A DNA stretch of 64,000 bases, from the NCBI RefSeq assembly GCF_001194135.2, contig NC_069001.1, forward strand, positions 26,652,792 through 26,716,791. The letters are read 5' to 3'. The stretch is from Octopus bimaculoides (taxonomy: Eukaryota). The notes below the pieces were generated by a model that had not been told where the DNA came from, ran no database searches, and was given only the letters and a program-made list of their open reading frames with translations. Every line of letters starts with the position of its first letter. Within the stretch, counting starts at the first letter, position 1. The translations under genes were made by a program, and so were the position numbers. Below are positions 40,351-53,019 of the stretch, piece after piece.

Positions 40351-41430
40351 CATATATTCAAACACACAAACATACACTTATAGATAAACACACGTATGTA
40401 TGTATGTATGTATGCATATTCACATACGAGTTCAAATACATTTTCTCTCAATAGGAAACTAGATAGTGGAAAGATCATAGTCTTTATACAGTCACATATT
40501 TGAGTCAACACTATTAATCTTGGTAAGATGAAACATGTGTTGCGTCTTCCCTGATTGTTACCCATCGAAAATCCTGTGTGTTGGAATGTGTTTTCAGTTT
40601 TTTAGTTAAATACTTAGAATTTTTTGCAATAGTGTGCTTGTTGTTCCATATAAGGTCATTCTTATATAACAGAAACAGGGTATATATAGTCATATTTAAT
40701 TTCAATTTTCAGTGTGTTAAATGTCTTTTTATATTAGGAGTGGAGTTAAAGAAATGTGCGTATCGGTTGTCAAATAGGAAGCGACCAAGCGTTAGCTATA
40801 TTTAACTTAATATATAAAGTAGCGGAGAGAATTAGATTAAGTTCGACGTTTTCTTCTTTAAACTGGATGACCGAAACGAGCTTATCTTCAAATTTCCTAG
40901 CTTATTATGCATTATGAAAGATATTTCTTTATAACCAGATGAACGTTGGCTTTATTATAGTTACCAGGTTTCTCAAAGATATGAGTGAAAGGCAATTTAT
41001 ACATAAAACTGGTTTAGGAAATTCTCTATAAGGAGTGTATTTTACTGCGTTGAAGATCAAAATAATATCCTGTAAATTTACGATATTGATATGATAAGGG
41101 CAATTAATTTTTACCTATCGTATTTTAGCGACATCTTTAAATATATCGAATGTGTCTGAATGCAGCTCACCATCCATCTATGTTTAATCCACTATTTACT
41201 TAGGCAAATGTCTTATTTTGTATTTGTTCTGCGTCGATTATACCATTTTTAACAGAGAATAAACCTATATACAGCTGTGGATTGACTTCTGGAATTCTAA
41301 TTTAGAGCATGATTATTCTTTCATCATTAACTCTTGAAGGATATCCCGGTTAGAAATGTATAGATAGGTGGATAGAATGCGACAATACCGAACGCTAAAA
41401 TCACTATGAAATATGTTTCGCATTAATATA

Positions 41431-41753
41431 CTAACTAGCAGAGAAACCCGGCCTTGCTCGGGATTAAAATAATTTATCATTGTTTTATTTGTTTCGGTAT
41501 TTCATTCGGATCCGCGCAGGCCAAACTTTAAAAGATGAGGAATTTTGCCCTGGAGGCTACACTTTGCAATTGAGCAAACTCAACGTTGCTATGCAAACTT
41601 GCCAGCACTTTTAACATAAGTGTGCAAATTTTCAGCTCAATCCGACCACATTTACTAACACGTTTTGCCTGTACACTTGCGAGTCAACGTCCGCCCTTTT
41701 CACAAATATGTTGTAGACTTACAGAGATACCCGGCCTTGCTTGAGATTAAAAT
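41431..41753 (+). mobile_element. Helitron/Helentron-like non-autonomous element remnant with repeated 5' end
   Basis: ACTAGCAGAGAAACCCGGCCTTGCTCGGG start with a CCCG/CGGG hairpin; a 32-bp direct repeat (41439-41470 and 41722-41753, 3 mismatches). Family assignment is from recalled end motifs only. Confidence 0.4.
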
Positions 41754-41857
41754 GGCATATATATAAATGCAGATATATGCACTTTATATATTTATACATT
41801 ACACATATATATATGTATACACATTATATACATATTCATATATAGATACACACACAC

Positions 41858-41892
<35 letters not shown>

Positions 41893-42584
41893 TATATGAT
41901 ACGTATATATATATATANNNNNNNNNNNNNNNNNNNNNNNNNNNNNNNNNNNNNNNNNNNNNNNNNNNNNNNNNNNNNNNNNNNNNNNNNNNNNNNNNNN
42001 NNNNNNNNNNNNNNNNNNNNNNNNNNNNNNNNNNNNNNNNNNNNNNNNNNNNNNNNNNNNNNNNNNNNNNNNNNNNNNNNNNNNNNNNNNNNNNNNNNNN
42101 NNNNNNNNNNNNNNNNNNNNNNNNNNNNNNNNNNNNNNNNNNNNNNNNNNNNNNNNNNNNNNNNNNNNNNNNNNNNNNNNNNNNNNNNNNNNNNNNNNNN
42201 NNNNNNNNNNNNNNNNNNNNNNNNNNNNNNNNNNNNNNNNNNNNNNNNNNNNNNNNNNNNNNNNNNNNNNNNNNNNNNNNNNNNNNNNNNNNNNNNNNNN
42301 NNNNNNNNNNNNNNNNNNNNNNNNNNNNNNNNNNNNNNNNNNNNNNNNNNNNNNNNNNNNNNNNNNNNNNNNNNNNNNNNNNNNNNNNNNNNNNNNNNNN
42401 NNNNNNNNNNNNNNNNNNNNNNNNNNNNNNNNNNNNNNNNNNNNNNNNNNNNNNNNNNNNNNNNNNNNNNNNNNNNNNNNNNNNNNNNNNNNNNNNNNNN
42501 NNNNNNNNNNNNNNNNNNNNNNNNNNNNNNNNNNNNNNNNNNNNNNNNNNNNNNNNNNNNNNNNNNNNNNNTGTAGTCTACCTA

Positions 42585-42969
42585 GGTGGAGGCGCAATGA
42601 CCCAGTGGTTAGGGCAGCGGACTCGCGGTCGTAGGATCGCGGTTTCGATTCCCAGACCGGACGTTGTGAGTGTTTATTGAGCGAAAATCCCTAAAGCTCC
42701 ACGAGGCTCCAGCAGGAGATGGTGGCGAACCCTGCTGTACTCTTTCACCACAAATTTCTCTCAATCTTTCTTCCTGTTTCTGTTGTGCCTGTAATTCAAA
42801 GGGTCAGCCTTGTCACACTGTGTCACGCTGAATATCCCTTAGAACTACGTAAAGGGTACACGTGTCTGTGGAGTGCTCAGCCACTTGCACGTTAATTTCA
42901 CGAGCAGGCTGATCCGTTCATCGAATCAACTAGAACACTCGACGTCGTAAGTGATGGAGTGCCAACAAC
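42585..42969 (+). mobile_element. tRNA-derived SINE, family B, full length
   Basis: A-box TGACCCAGTGG, B-box GGTTTCGATTCC, (ACA)n tail, perfect 10-bp TSD AGTCTACCTA (42575-42584 and 42970-42979); aligns end to end with the 21242 copy. Confidence 0.88.
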
Positions 42970-43509
42970 AGTCTACCTAACATAGGAGCTAATTTTAGTC
43001 CAGCTATTTCGTTCTATAATTTGTTTTATTTCACTAATTAACACACTCTCTATTTTGTGAGATTAATTTTGCTACATTTGTTATAAGTGAAAGAATCCTC
43101 TGCGGTTACTAGTGATGCGTATGTTTTGCTTTCAGAAACAAAAATACAACTGATACAATTATATAATACTAAACTTTAGACTATCTATCTAAACACTGGA
43201 ATGATCTCCTTGAATCTCCTCGTTTAGTATTTAGGTACCTAAAGGCTGCTCTTAAGAAACAATAATGATTTTAAGAAATAATGCTGACGCCTGTGGTACA
43301 GTCTCAGATGCTGTCTTGGCAGACAATAGTATTAACTATTTACTTCTAATCATTATATTTAACAACAATGTGGTTAGTTCTGATGCGAAAACAGTCGAAT
43401 AATTAACTCGGTTCTTATATTTACTTGCGTTTACAAAATCCCATGATTCAGGAATACCACCAATGTTTACAGTTTCTGAAAACTTCACGTTAATTATTTT
43501 CCTTATTGT

Positions 43510-44260
43510 TCTGGCAGAAACTTTAGCATGCCTGGCGAAAAACTTGGTGGTATTTCGTCTGTATTTACGTTCTGAGTTCAAATTTCGCTGAGGTCGACTT
43601 CGTTTTTCATCCTTTCGGGGTCGATAAATAAAAGTAACAGTTGCGTACTGGGGTCAATCTGATCGACTACTCCCCCAAAATGTCGGGCCTTGTGCCTAGA
43701 GTAGAGAGACGGTGAGCTGGCAAAATCGTTATCACGCCGGGCAAATTGCTTAGCGGCATTTCGCCAGTCCTTACGCTCTGAGTTCAAACTCCGCGGAGGT
43801 GGACTTTGCATTTCATCCATTCGGGATTGATAGATTAAGTAACAGTGAAAGACCGGAATCGATGTGATCGATTAGTCCTCTTCCATAATTTCAGGTCTTG
43901 TGCCTACAGTGGAAAGGAATATTGTTGTTGTTGTTGTTGTTGTTGTTAAGGTCGCGAGTTGGCATAATCGTTAGCATGCCGGGAAATATGATTGGTAGCA
44001 TATCGTCTTCATGTTCCAAGTTGAAATTCCGCTAGGGCTGACTTTGCCTTTCAACTTTTCGGAGTCTATAAAAAAAGGCATCAGTCGAGCACTGGGATCG
44101 ATGTAATCGACAAGCCCCACCTCCCCAACAATTTCAGACCTTATGCCTATAATAGAAAGGGTTATTGTTGTTAGTAGTAAATTCCGCCAGGTGTTGGATG
44201 TAATCGACTTATCCACTTCTCCCGAGTTGCTGGCCTTGTGCCAAAATTTGAAACCATTAT
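43510..44260 (+). mobile_element. Array of four head-to-tail family A SINE copies
   Basis: Heads at about 43510, 43706 and 43948, a partial copy at about 44180; each full copy has a B-box-like GTTC/GTTG-AAA motif, core and tail; (TTG)n spacer at 43922-43947. Confidence 0.82.
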
Positions 44261-44549
44261 TGTTACTATTATTATATTATTATTATTAGTAGTAGTAGTA
44301 ATAGTAGTAGCAGCAGCAGTGTTGGTGTTCTTGCTTTTGTTGCAAGCAGTAATTGTAGCACTTAGTAAGCTGTGTAACATGATATTTTATGTTAGTCTCA
44401 AACAAATTGTACAACAATAAATAAAAAAAAATATTTTTAAGTACAATTTGAAGAAGAGGGAAACGGAACAATCATTTTAGTATCTGATGTCGCTGTTATA
44501 TGAAAATATACCAGAAATATTAGAATTTTTGCATGAACAGGATTGGGTT

Positions 44550-44600
44550 GGAGATGAAGAAAGTGGGTTTGGTAGACAGGAACTTAAAGAAGCCCGTCGC
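44550..44600 (+). mobile_element. Family C SINE middle fragment leading into expanded (TA)n
   Basis: TTTGGTAGACAGGAACTTAAAGAAGCCCGTCG matches 31066-31097, followed by (AT)n. Confidence 0.6.
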
Positions 44601-45025
44601 ATATATATATATATATATATCTATCTATATATATATATATATATATATATATCCGACGCACATACATACATTCATACACGTGTATGTGTATGTATGTACG
44701 TATATATATATATAATATATATATATATATACGTACATACATACACATACACATATGTATGAATGTATGTATGTGCGTAAGCATGCATTTATGCATGCAT
44801 AGGTAAATATAGTTAAAATCAGTTTGACTCAGCTCAATCTTTTTATCATACGGCATACCTGCTGAGCGAGACGTATCGCACGTTTGCACTTTAAGTGATA
44901 TGGCGGTTGAGTCGGACAGTCGTTACGCATACATGTAGTTCCTATCAAATGCGTTGAGTTTCACTCTTTTTCTTTTGTTGGTTCTTGCATTCATTCATGC
45001 AAGCACACTCGTCTGCGAGCACACA

Positions 45026-45060
<35 letters not shown>

Positions 45061-45679
45061 TCGTTTTTGACTGTAGGTTCATTTATAATGAAAACAATTT
45101 TACATTAAGCTAACAAGTTGTTGTATACTCTTCTAGAGTACACATTTATTATCAATAAACAAAAATGTTGGTGACATTGACTTCGAAGTTCCGGCCAGCT
45201 AAGCTATCATCGGACGGACACACACATATATATATATATATTAACGTATATATGTATGACATTATTTAGTTCATTTCGATATTTCTTGCCAATAAAGAAC
45301 CGGTTTCTAACCTAGGTTCTTTCATTGGAATTTCAACATCAACAACAGTGTATTTTTGTATGTATGTGTGTATGTATGTATGTGCGTATGTATGTATGTG
45401 CAAAAATGTATGCGTGTAGATAGTTAGATAGATAGATGGATGTGATTCCTCACCCGCTTTGATATCACGAGCTACAGCATAGCTGTTCTGTGTCTCTTCT
45501 CAAGAGAAAAGTGTTATTGAGCAAGGTTATACACCTGCATATACACACATGCAGGTACATAGCAACAAACATAGTCCTGAACATTTCACTCAACACACAA
45601 CAATACGTCACAGTGGCTGAAAGAGAAAAACAAAACCACTAACCACATCGACATTACAATAAAATTTCTTAACCATTGA

Positions 45680-45727
<48 letters not shown>

Positions 45728-46134
45728 TCCATAAATCTAATATTTTCAGTGGTTTGATACAAATTAAGGCTGGCACCACGATAAATATGACAAGTTTCTA
45801 TCGATCATAATGAATGACACACATTTAACGGGAAATGTGTGTGAAATTATTTCAGTACTGTGCATAACTTTATTAAATAATCGTTGGTGTCTTGGTTATC
45901 TTTCAAATTTCATCGAAGTGAATTCAGTGCACATATGGCTAAGGGAAACGACAATTTATTTCTAATCTAGCAATTTCCTTTACACTTTACTATGCGAATA
46001 AAACGTTATCTTTCTTTTTTCTCTTTCACTCGCATGCATACGCAGTCATCTCATTTATGTACATAGTCAAACGGTATAAGCATTTACCTAATTTCTCTCT
46101 ATCTCTATTTCTCCCTCTTTCTTTTCCTTTCACT

Positions 46135-46138
<4 letters not shown>

Positions 46139-46187
<49 letters not shown>

Positions 46188-46257
46188 CCTCATCTTCTTT
46201 CTATTTCTTTCTCTCATTTTCTCTCTTTCTCTCTTAACTCATGTGTGTGTATTTGGA

Positions 46258-46338
<81 letters not shown>
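46139..46338. repeat. (ATCT)12 and long (AT)n microsatellites
   Basis: (ATCT)n about 46139-46187; (AT)n about 46262-46338. Confidence 0.93.
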
Positions 46339-46341
<3 letters not shown>

Positions 46342-46864
46342 CGTGTGTACGTGCGTATCTACAAATATATCTACGTGCACACGCATACATACATACATAC
46401 GTACACATATGCACACATACATACATATACATAGATGCATACATTCATACATACATAAATACATACATACAGGCCCAAGAGGGAAGTGATTTAGTTCAGC
46501 TTCCGTCAAAAATTTAGCTGAAGTTGAATAATACATACGACACTTTCAGGTGTTTATATAATAGCCAAACAATGATCAGGAACGAAGTGATCACTTAAAA
46601 CTGGAGCCTACTAAGTTTTTTTCATTTCCTCAGTTATTTCTTCATTATGTATTGACGTATTAAGCTGTATACACAGGCAGAATTAATTTTCTACTTCGTG
46701 TTCAAACTTAATATGAGAATTCAATACGTAAGACATTTTAATCATTAAGATTAGCTTAATCCGAGCAAAATTTGCTTCATAAAATCGGCGCTGTGTAACA
46801 TATTTGAACTACTCCTGAGCTCACAATAATAATAATAATAATAATAATAATAATCATAATGTTT

Positions 46865-47001
46865 TCTATGCCTGAAGTTTGGGGGAGGGGTTAGTCGATT
46901 ACATCAACCCCAGTACTCAACTGTTACTTTATTTCGCAACGGGCGAAATACCTCTAAGCATTTTGTCCAGTGTGCTAACTATTCTGCCAGCTCACCGCCT
47001 T
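46865..47001 (-). mobile_element. Family A SINE with internal deletion
   Basis: Reverse complement: AAGGCGGTGAGCTGGCAGAATAGTTAGCACAC head joined to ACTGGGGTTGATGTAATCGAC tail. Confidence 0.75.
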
Positions 47002-47019
47002 GATAATTGCAAGGGACAC

Positions 47020-47414
47020 AGAAAGAGGGACATACAAATTGCCTAATAATTGACTTAACAGTGCCTGAAGCATATCATGAAAGAAAGAGAAAAAGTTGAT
47101 GAATATGGAGAACTGAGAATTGAGATCGCTAAGATGTGGCTGCTACGAAAGTCGAACATAAAGGTTATCCCAATTGTCATCGGAGCATTGGGTTCAATAC
47201 CGCCCAATCTGAAAAAAATATCTGAAAACATTATAGATACCCTACAATCTTGATGTATTGAAAAAGTTAGCATTGCTTGGAATTGCACGCATATTGTTTA
47301 ATGTACTTTCTGTGTGAGGTCCTTGTTGTGACTTGACAAACTGTACAAACACCCGGTAGATACAATATCTTCAATCAATAACCTCGCGATATTGTATACT
47401 GTGCGACGTCTATC
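47020..47414 (+). mobile_element. Decayed 3' end of R4/Dong-type non-LTR retrotransposon (restriction-like endonuclease C-terminus plus 3' UTR)
   Basis: With two frameshifts reads CLIIDLTVP / IMKEREKVDEYGELRIEIAKMWLLRKSNIKVIPIVIGALGSIPPNLKK / NLDVLKKLALLGIARILFNVLSV* (stop 47315-47317), matching the D..VP, E.EK..Y and VPIVIGALG patterns of R4/Dong REL domains; ends in (ATA)n at 47415-47433. Confidence 0.82.
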
Positions 47415-47504
47415 ATAATAATAATAATAATAACATTGAATATACTTTCTCATATATATCAACTCTAGTGCTTAAGTGGCAGTATTTGATTGGCGTATTA
47501 AGCG

Positions 47505-47526
47505 AGGGTTAGGGTTAGGGTTAGGG
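47505..47526 (+). repeat. Interstitial telomere-like AGGG(TTAGGG)3
   Basis: Exact sequence AGGGTTAGGGTTAGGGTTAGGG. Confidence 0.9.
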
Positions 47527-47547
47527 TATCGCTATCATACTAACCAA

Positions 47548-47837
47548 AATCATTAGCAGCATTCTCGTCTGGCTCATTATCGTCTGGCTCATTATCGTCT
47601 GGCTTTCAGTTCTGAATTCAAATTCAAAGCCGAAATGGATTTTCAGGGTCGTTAAAATAAGTTCCAACTGAGCACTGAGATCGATGTAATCAAATTACAT
47701 ACACCCGCGAAATTGCTGGCCTTCTGTCGAAATTCGAACTCATTACCCGCTAAGCATTTTCTAGCGTGCTTCTGATTCGCTAAAGCTCACAAAATAATAA
47801 TAATAATGATGATGATGATAATAATAATAATTATGAC

Positions 47838-47871
<34 letters not shown>

Positions 47872-48030
47872 GGAACAAACCAGGACATGTTGATAGGGTT
47901 GAGTCAGTTATTACATCGACCTCCGGTCTTCAACTACTATTTATATAATGAACTACGAAATGATGAAATACAAAATCGACTGCGCCGAAATTTGAACTCG
48001 GAGCTTAAAGCCGAAAGAAATGCAGCACAG
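47548..48030. mobile_element. Family A SINE (+, about 47548-47745) and a diverged minus-strand copy (about 47885-48030)
   Basis: Plus copy has CTGAATTCAAATTC and ATCGATGTAATC motifs, with a 15-bp unit CATTATCGTCTGGCT triplicated at 47560-47604; minus copy has CGAGTTCAAATTTCGGCG. Confidence 0.65.
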
Positions 48031-48613
48031 CAGTCTCTTGGGTCGAGGTTACAGAATTTTTAAACCGTCTCAGTGCATTTTAGTTTGATATTTAAATGCA
48101 CCATATTTGCCATTCTCACCCTCACGAATTGCAATCTACCCTGAAGTTCGTCTTCAATAGTTATATGATGAATGTTGTGATGGGTCGGACAAGGTAGAAA
48201 AGTTCTTTTCTGAAACTATTCAAACGTAACTGCGTATTTCTTTTCCGACACCCACAGAGTAGAGAAGCTGCAATTTTTATTTGTCAAATGATGTGAACAA
48301 TGAAGCTTGCATTTTGAGAAGATACAGCGGATATTTTCTTTAATAAGTGAATACATATAGAGTTAATATTACCAAGACGCTGAAAATAGTGCTATTTTAG
48401 TTTCTTTCGGATTGATCATTAAAAAAGTGGGGGAAAAATCTAACACGAAAAGAGGTAAACGCTAAATGATGATGGGTTTTCAAGATTCGATTTTGTTGAC
48501 CTTATGTATTGTATTTGCATAAGCATGATATGCATACATATATAAATTATGTATGGAAGTATATATATATATGTGTGTATATATAGAGAGAAAGAGAAAT
48601 ATATAAATACACA

Positions 48614-48729
<116 letters not shown>

Positions 48730-50590
48730 CATATACCTACACAAATATACAGCTACATACTTTATGAATATATATATATGTATATATATATGTATATATA
48801 TATGTATATATATATATATCAGAGAGAGAGAGAGAGAGAGAGATGTATATATGTACGTACATACAGAACTTCATAATATGTGTGTGTATACGTATATGAA
48901 TATATACATACATGCATGCACATTACACTCCTACATACATTTCATATACATAAACGTATGTATGTATATGTATACAAGATGGGAGCATACATAAGGCAAG
49001 CATCAGCGGTGAGGTAAACTAAAAATATGCAAGCTGAATGTATCCATTAGGATTAACGCCTCAAAGAATACTTGATTACAAATGTATGTTGTTCATATGC
49101 ACGTAATCATCCAGCGATTGTTTCTTTGCATATTATCCAATAATTATTATCATGTTTCCTGTTCATGCTTTGAGAAATTCCTTTCATGAAGCAAGAATGA
49201 GTTACATGTTGAAGAATATGCTTAGAAATGTCAAAAGAATATTTTTGCTTTAGGAATATTTAGAAGTTTGATAAAAATATTCAATGGAAAACATGAATAG
49301 AAGTGTTCGGTGTTCAAACTGATGCTTATTTTTAATAAATTTTGGGAATTTTTTTTTTTTGGAATCTTTTATTTTGTAATGTTTTTGGTCATTGGATTGT
49401 AACCATACTGGGACACTGCGTTCAAAGTTTCTTTACTGGAGTGAATAGATCTCAGTATTTACTTCTCTTAGGTCTGGTATAAATCAATCGATTTCTTGTA
49501 CCGCACCTTTAAATCACTAAGGGAACAAACAACTGTCGTGAAATGGTAGGGTAGGTGGGGGCAGACACATTCACAAGAAAACAAAATATGTATGTATATG
49601 TATATATGAATACATAAGCTTACCGACGCACAAGGAAGACACTCACAAGAATACAGACACATATATACGACAGGCTTCCAAGTATTGTCCCTTTTTTTGT
49701 GTGCTGAATTAACTCAACGCATGAATTTACTCAACGACCAAAGCCTGCAGTAGAAGAAACTTATCCAAGTTGCCGAGCAGTTGAACTGAACCTCTAATCA
49801 CTTGGCACCAAAGCAGGCTTTTTAGCCATATTAACCAACGCCGGCGCCTATATATCATATACTGCTGTAGTTTTTGTCATTGAAATTTACGTCAACAATA
49901 TTTTGTCCGACTTGATTTTAATTATAAAAATCTTCATTTGTGCTTCACGCTATAATCTATGAAGACAGATGGGGGCTACGCATTCTGTCAGGGAACGTTA
50001 TCTTTATTGGGAAATACAAAACTTTGGTGTTGAAAACTATAGGCGGTAATCGCCAGGTCTGTGATTAATGCCCTAGTGTGTTTGCATCATCTGGACACAG
50101 TGTAAAGTATAGTGTAGTTGATTGCTCTGAACTAGAAAAGCATTTTATGTGCATTGCAGAATATATGGATATTATTTTCAACAAATCTCTTTTAATAGAC
50201 AGTTTCTTTATCGCTCGTGATATTGCTTCTGCTCTTCCATTGAAGCTGTAGATGCGCTTCTAGGTAAGAGAAACAATAGCATTTTTATGTATATGTAGAG
50301 CCAGTTCATGTGAATATTAGACATGGACAGAGATACTTTTACATTTAATCATTATATCCCATTTCCCTGCAGTTTAGAGTCCTGATATTTGCTCTTCGAG
50401 TTCTAAACAAATTCCTCAGAAGATATTTGTTTCTGGTATATTCAACTCTTTACATATATATATGTTTTCTATCATAGTCAACATTGGTTAATCAGATTTT
50501 ATTTTCCAGGATTGTTTATAGTCATTGAATATATTTCGCATTTTTCAGTTCAGATTACAAAATTTACTTTTGTCACAGTTCAGTTCAATA

Positions 50591-50806
50591 CTACAGTAAT
50601 TCCATGGGGTTCCCCTATCGCGGTTTATTATTTAAGCTTACGTCGATTCCTCCGTGGTGTTCTTTTACGTTTATAATAAAATAAATATATACAAATTATA
50701 AAAAAGAAATGTAATAAAAATATACAGTACTGTTTCTACTTCGCGGAGTTTCACCTATCACGGTGGGTTTGAAATATCATACCAGCGATAGTCGAGTAAA
50801 ATTGTC
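50591..50806. mobile_element. Possible pogo/Tigger-like MITE remnant
   Basis: Left end TACAGTAATTCC...CTATCGCGG and right end reverse complement ACAATTTTACTCGACTATCGC form a degenerate terminal inverted repeat. Confidence 0.35.
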
Positions 50807-52284
50807 TTTGCAAATATGTTAATGGCAAAGAAAGAACTGTTACTCTTCAGCTGATTTGAGTTGATAGTTACTTTTCCTCCGATATCAATATTCTATTTTT
50901 ACTCTCATTTTCTTTACCAACCTGATAACAAGGATCAGGTATATCATCTTGTGTGACTGATCAATACAAGCTTTCTCCCCTCCAGAAATTTTTAATTTCT
51001 CTTTTCTAGAATTTACACTTACTTAACAGTATTTTTTGTGAACAGTTTATAAGTAGTGATATCTATATTAGTTAGAAATACATGAAGGGATTGATCGATA
51101 ACAATCAGTAATCTTTTTAAGGATCTATATCCTACAGCTGATGGTCTTCTTGAAAATGATTTAGAGGCTTCTGAATTTTACCGCTACCTAGTAGAGTTGT
51201 ATGTCAAACGAAAAATCGTCCAAACTTTTGGATGTTTCCATAACTTACTCAGTTTCTGATACTGTTTAAAGCAAGCCAAGAATCAGATAATTTAAGGGGA
51301 TATTTTTGTATTAACATTTCTGATATTTAATTCTCCAACAAATTACAGTTTCTATTTTATGTAGATGCGCTTACAAATATAAGCTTCCAAAATGCATCTA
51401 ATGCGCCATTAGTGTTATATACTATCAATTGTTATGTCTTCCCATTTTTATTCTTATAGACTTTCTGCAGTTTGCTTCCAACATCATGGTTTTAAGACTA
51501 CCATGTTTTTCAAATGCCAAATCGGCATTAAGTATCAGATTATAATCAGTTATTTAAAGCAAATATTTTCGTTTCAATCATTCGAATGTTTGCAGTCGTG
51601 TTTGTTCATTGCTTGTATATAATCATCATGAGTTCCTTATATTTGCCAGAGTATAATCTCGTCTGGGTTATTTTATTTACTTAGTAACGTGGAATATCAC
51701 TTCTACATTCTAATTATCACCTCCAGTTATCTCATCTGTTGATGCATTTGCGTTTGGTAACTTTCCAATTTATTTAATCTCGCATAGCTTATTGTTAACA
51801 TGCAAACGCGTTTACGATATTCTTTAATTTAGATGTAATAATATGATTTTCTAATACTATGCTTATAGAAACCTTTCAAATCATTTAGATCTTTAAAAGA
51901 TTGTTTCTTACGAATATGCCCACAGTTCATAAGATCCACTTGAACAAGACTCTATATGTGGTGGCCATGAAGAAGAATGTAGTCAGAATTAGGGATGTCT
52001 ACACTATTAGCAATATTATTATCCCAGAAATCAGAGAGGACATTATTACTTATTTTTACGAATACGAATATTACTACAAAGTTTATATCACTTTCACGAT
52101 CTCTTTACTTGTAGATCCACAGAATCATTTGTAACTGTCACGATATTTTTTGTAAACCAACGTTCATTTCAGCGTCTTTTACTCTGCATATCTGGCACTA
52201 GATTTGTATACAACTTCACCAGTTTAATAAATAAAACTTTATGCACTACTGAAAATAAATTACCTGTTTAATATTACAAAATAA

Positions 52285-52470
52285 GCAAGGTGACAAGTTT
52301 GCAGATTCGGTAGTTCAGGGGACAAAATTCTTACTGGTACTTCATCCGTCCTAACATACTCAATTCAAGTTCTACCTTGTGATCGATAAAACAAGCACCA
52401 ATTGAACACGGGGATGCAGGTAATCGACTACTTCACCAATTCACAGAATTGCTGGCCTTGCGCAAAATTA
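52285..52470 (+). mobile_element. Diverged family A SINE
   Basis: AAGGTGACAAGTTTGCAGATTCG head, GATCGATAAAACAAGCACC core, AATTGCTGGCCTTG tail. Confidence 0.6.
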
Positions 52471-52982
52471 AGCAAAGGAATATTATAAAGTATGCTATAT
52501 AAAATAACGATATAAAATAACAAATGTTTGTGTCGGGTGAAAAAATTGTATATTAATAATTACAAAGAACACTCTGTCAGGATTGACCAAACATTTATAT
52601 CTGGAATGTTTCTACCAAGCCTGACTAGAAATTTTCTTACGTGGGCAATGGTTTTATATGCAAAATGTCACCGTATTATGCCACTGCTGCTGCCCACGAA
52701 AGTAGAAGCAATCCCAGTTTATGCTTGAAACGAGTGTCTTTGCAACAGAATTCTTGGAAGAAAATGCTGGGAGAATTCTAACAGACATTTAACGACAAAA
52801 GCTCCACACGTTCAGTTATCCAGGCTATTTGAATTATGATTTATTCAATCGAAACATAGGAGGTAATATTCAGTTAGACGGTATTCTCAAAAACCATACA
52901 AATATTGCGCATCCCTATGCGTTCCTTCACATGTGTGTTCCTGTCATAATACATGGGTGCAAGTAAATCCCTCACTCACTCA

Positions 52983-53019
<37 letters not shown>

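Noticed and set aside
42585-42660. tRNA gene-like sequence
   Set aside because: A and B boxes are present but it continues into a SINE body with TSDs and does not complete a cloverleaf; same for the other SINE heads.
50810-51400. Possible CR1/L2-like LINE relic on the minus strand (VI.GELN, ISEEK-like pieces)
   Set aside because: Needs several frameshifts to give very short motifs; cannot be supported without an HMM search.
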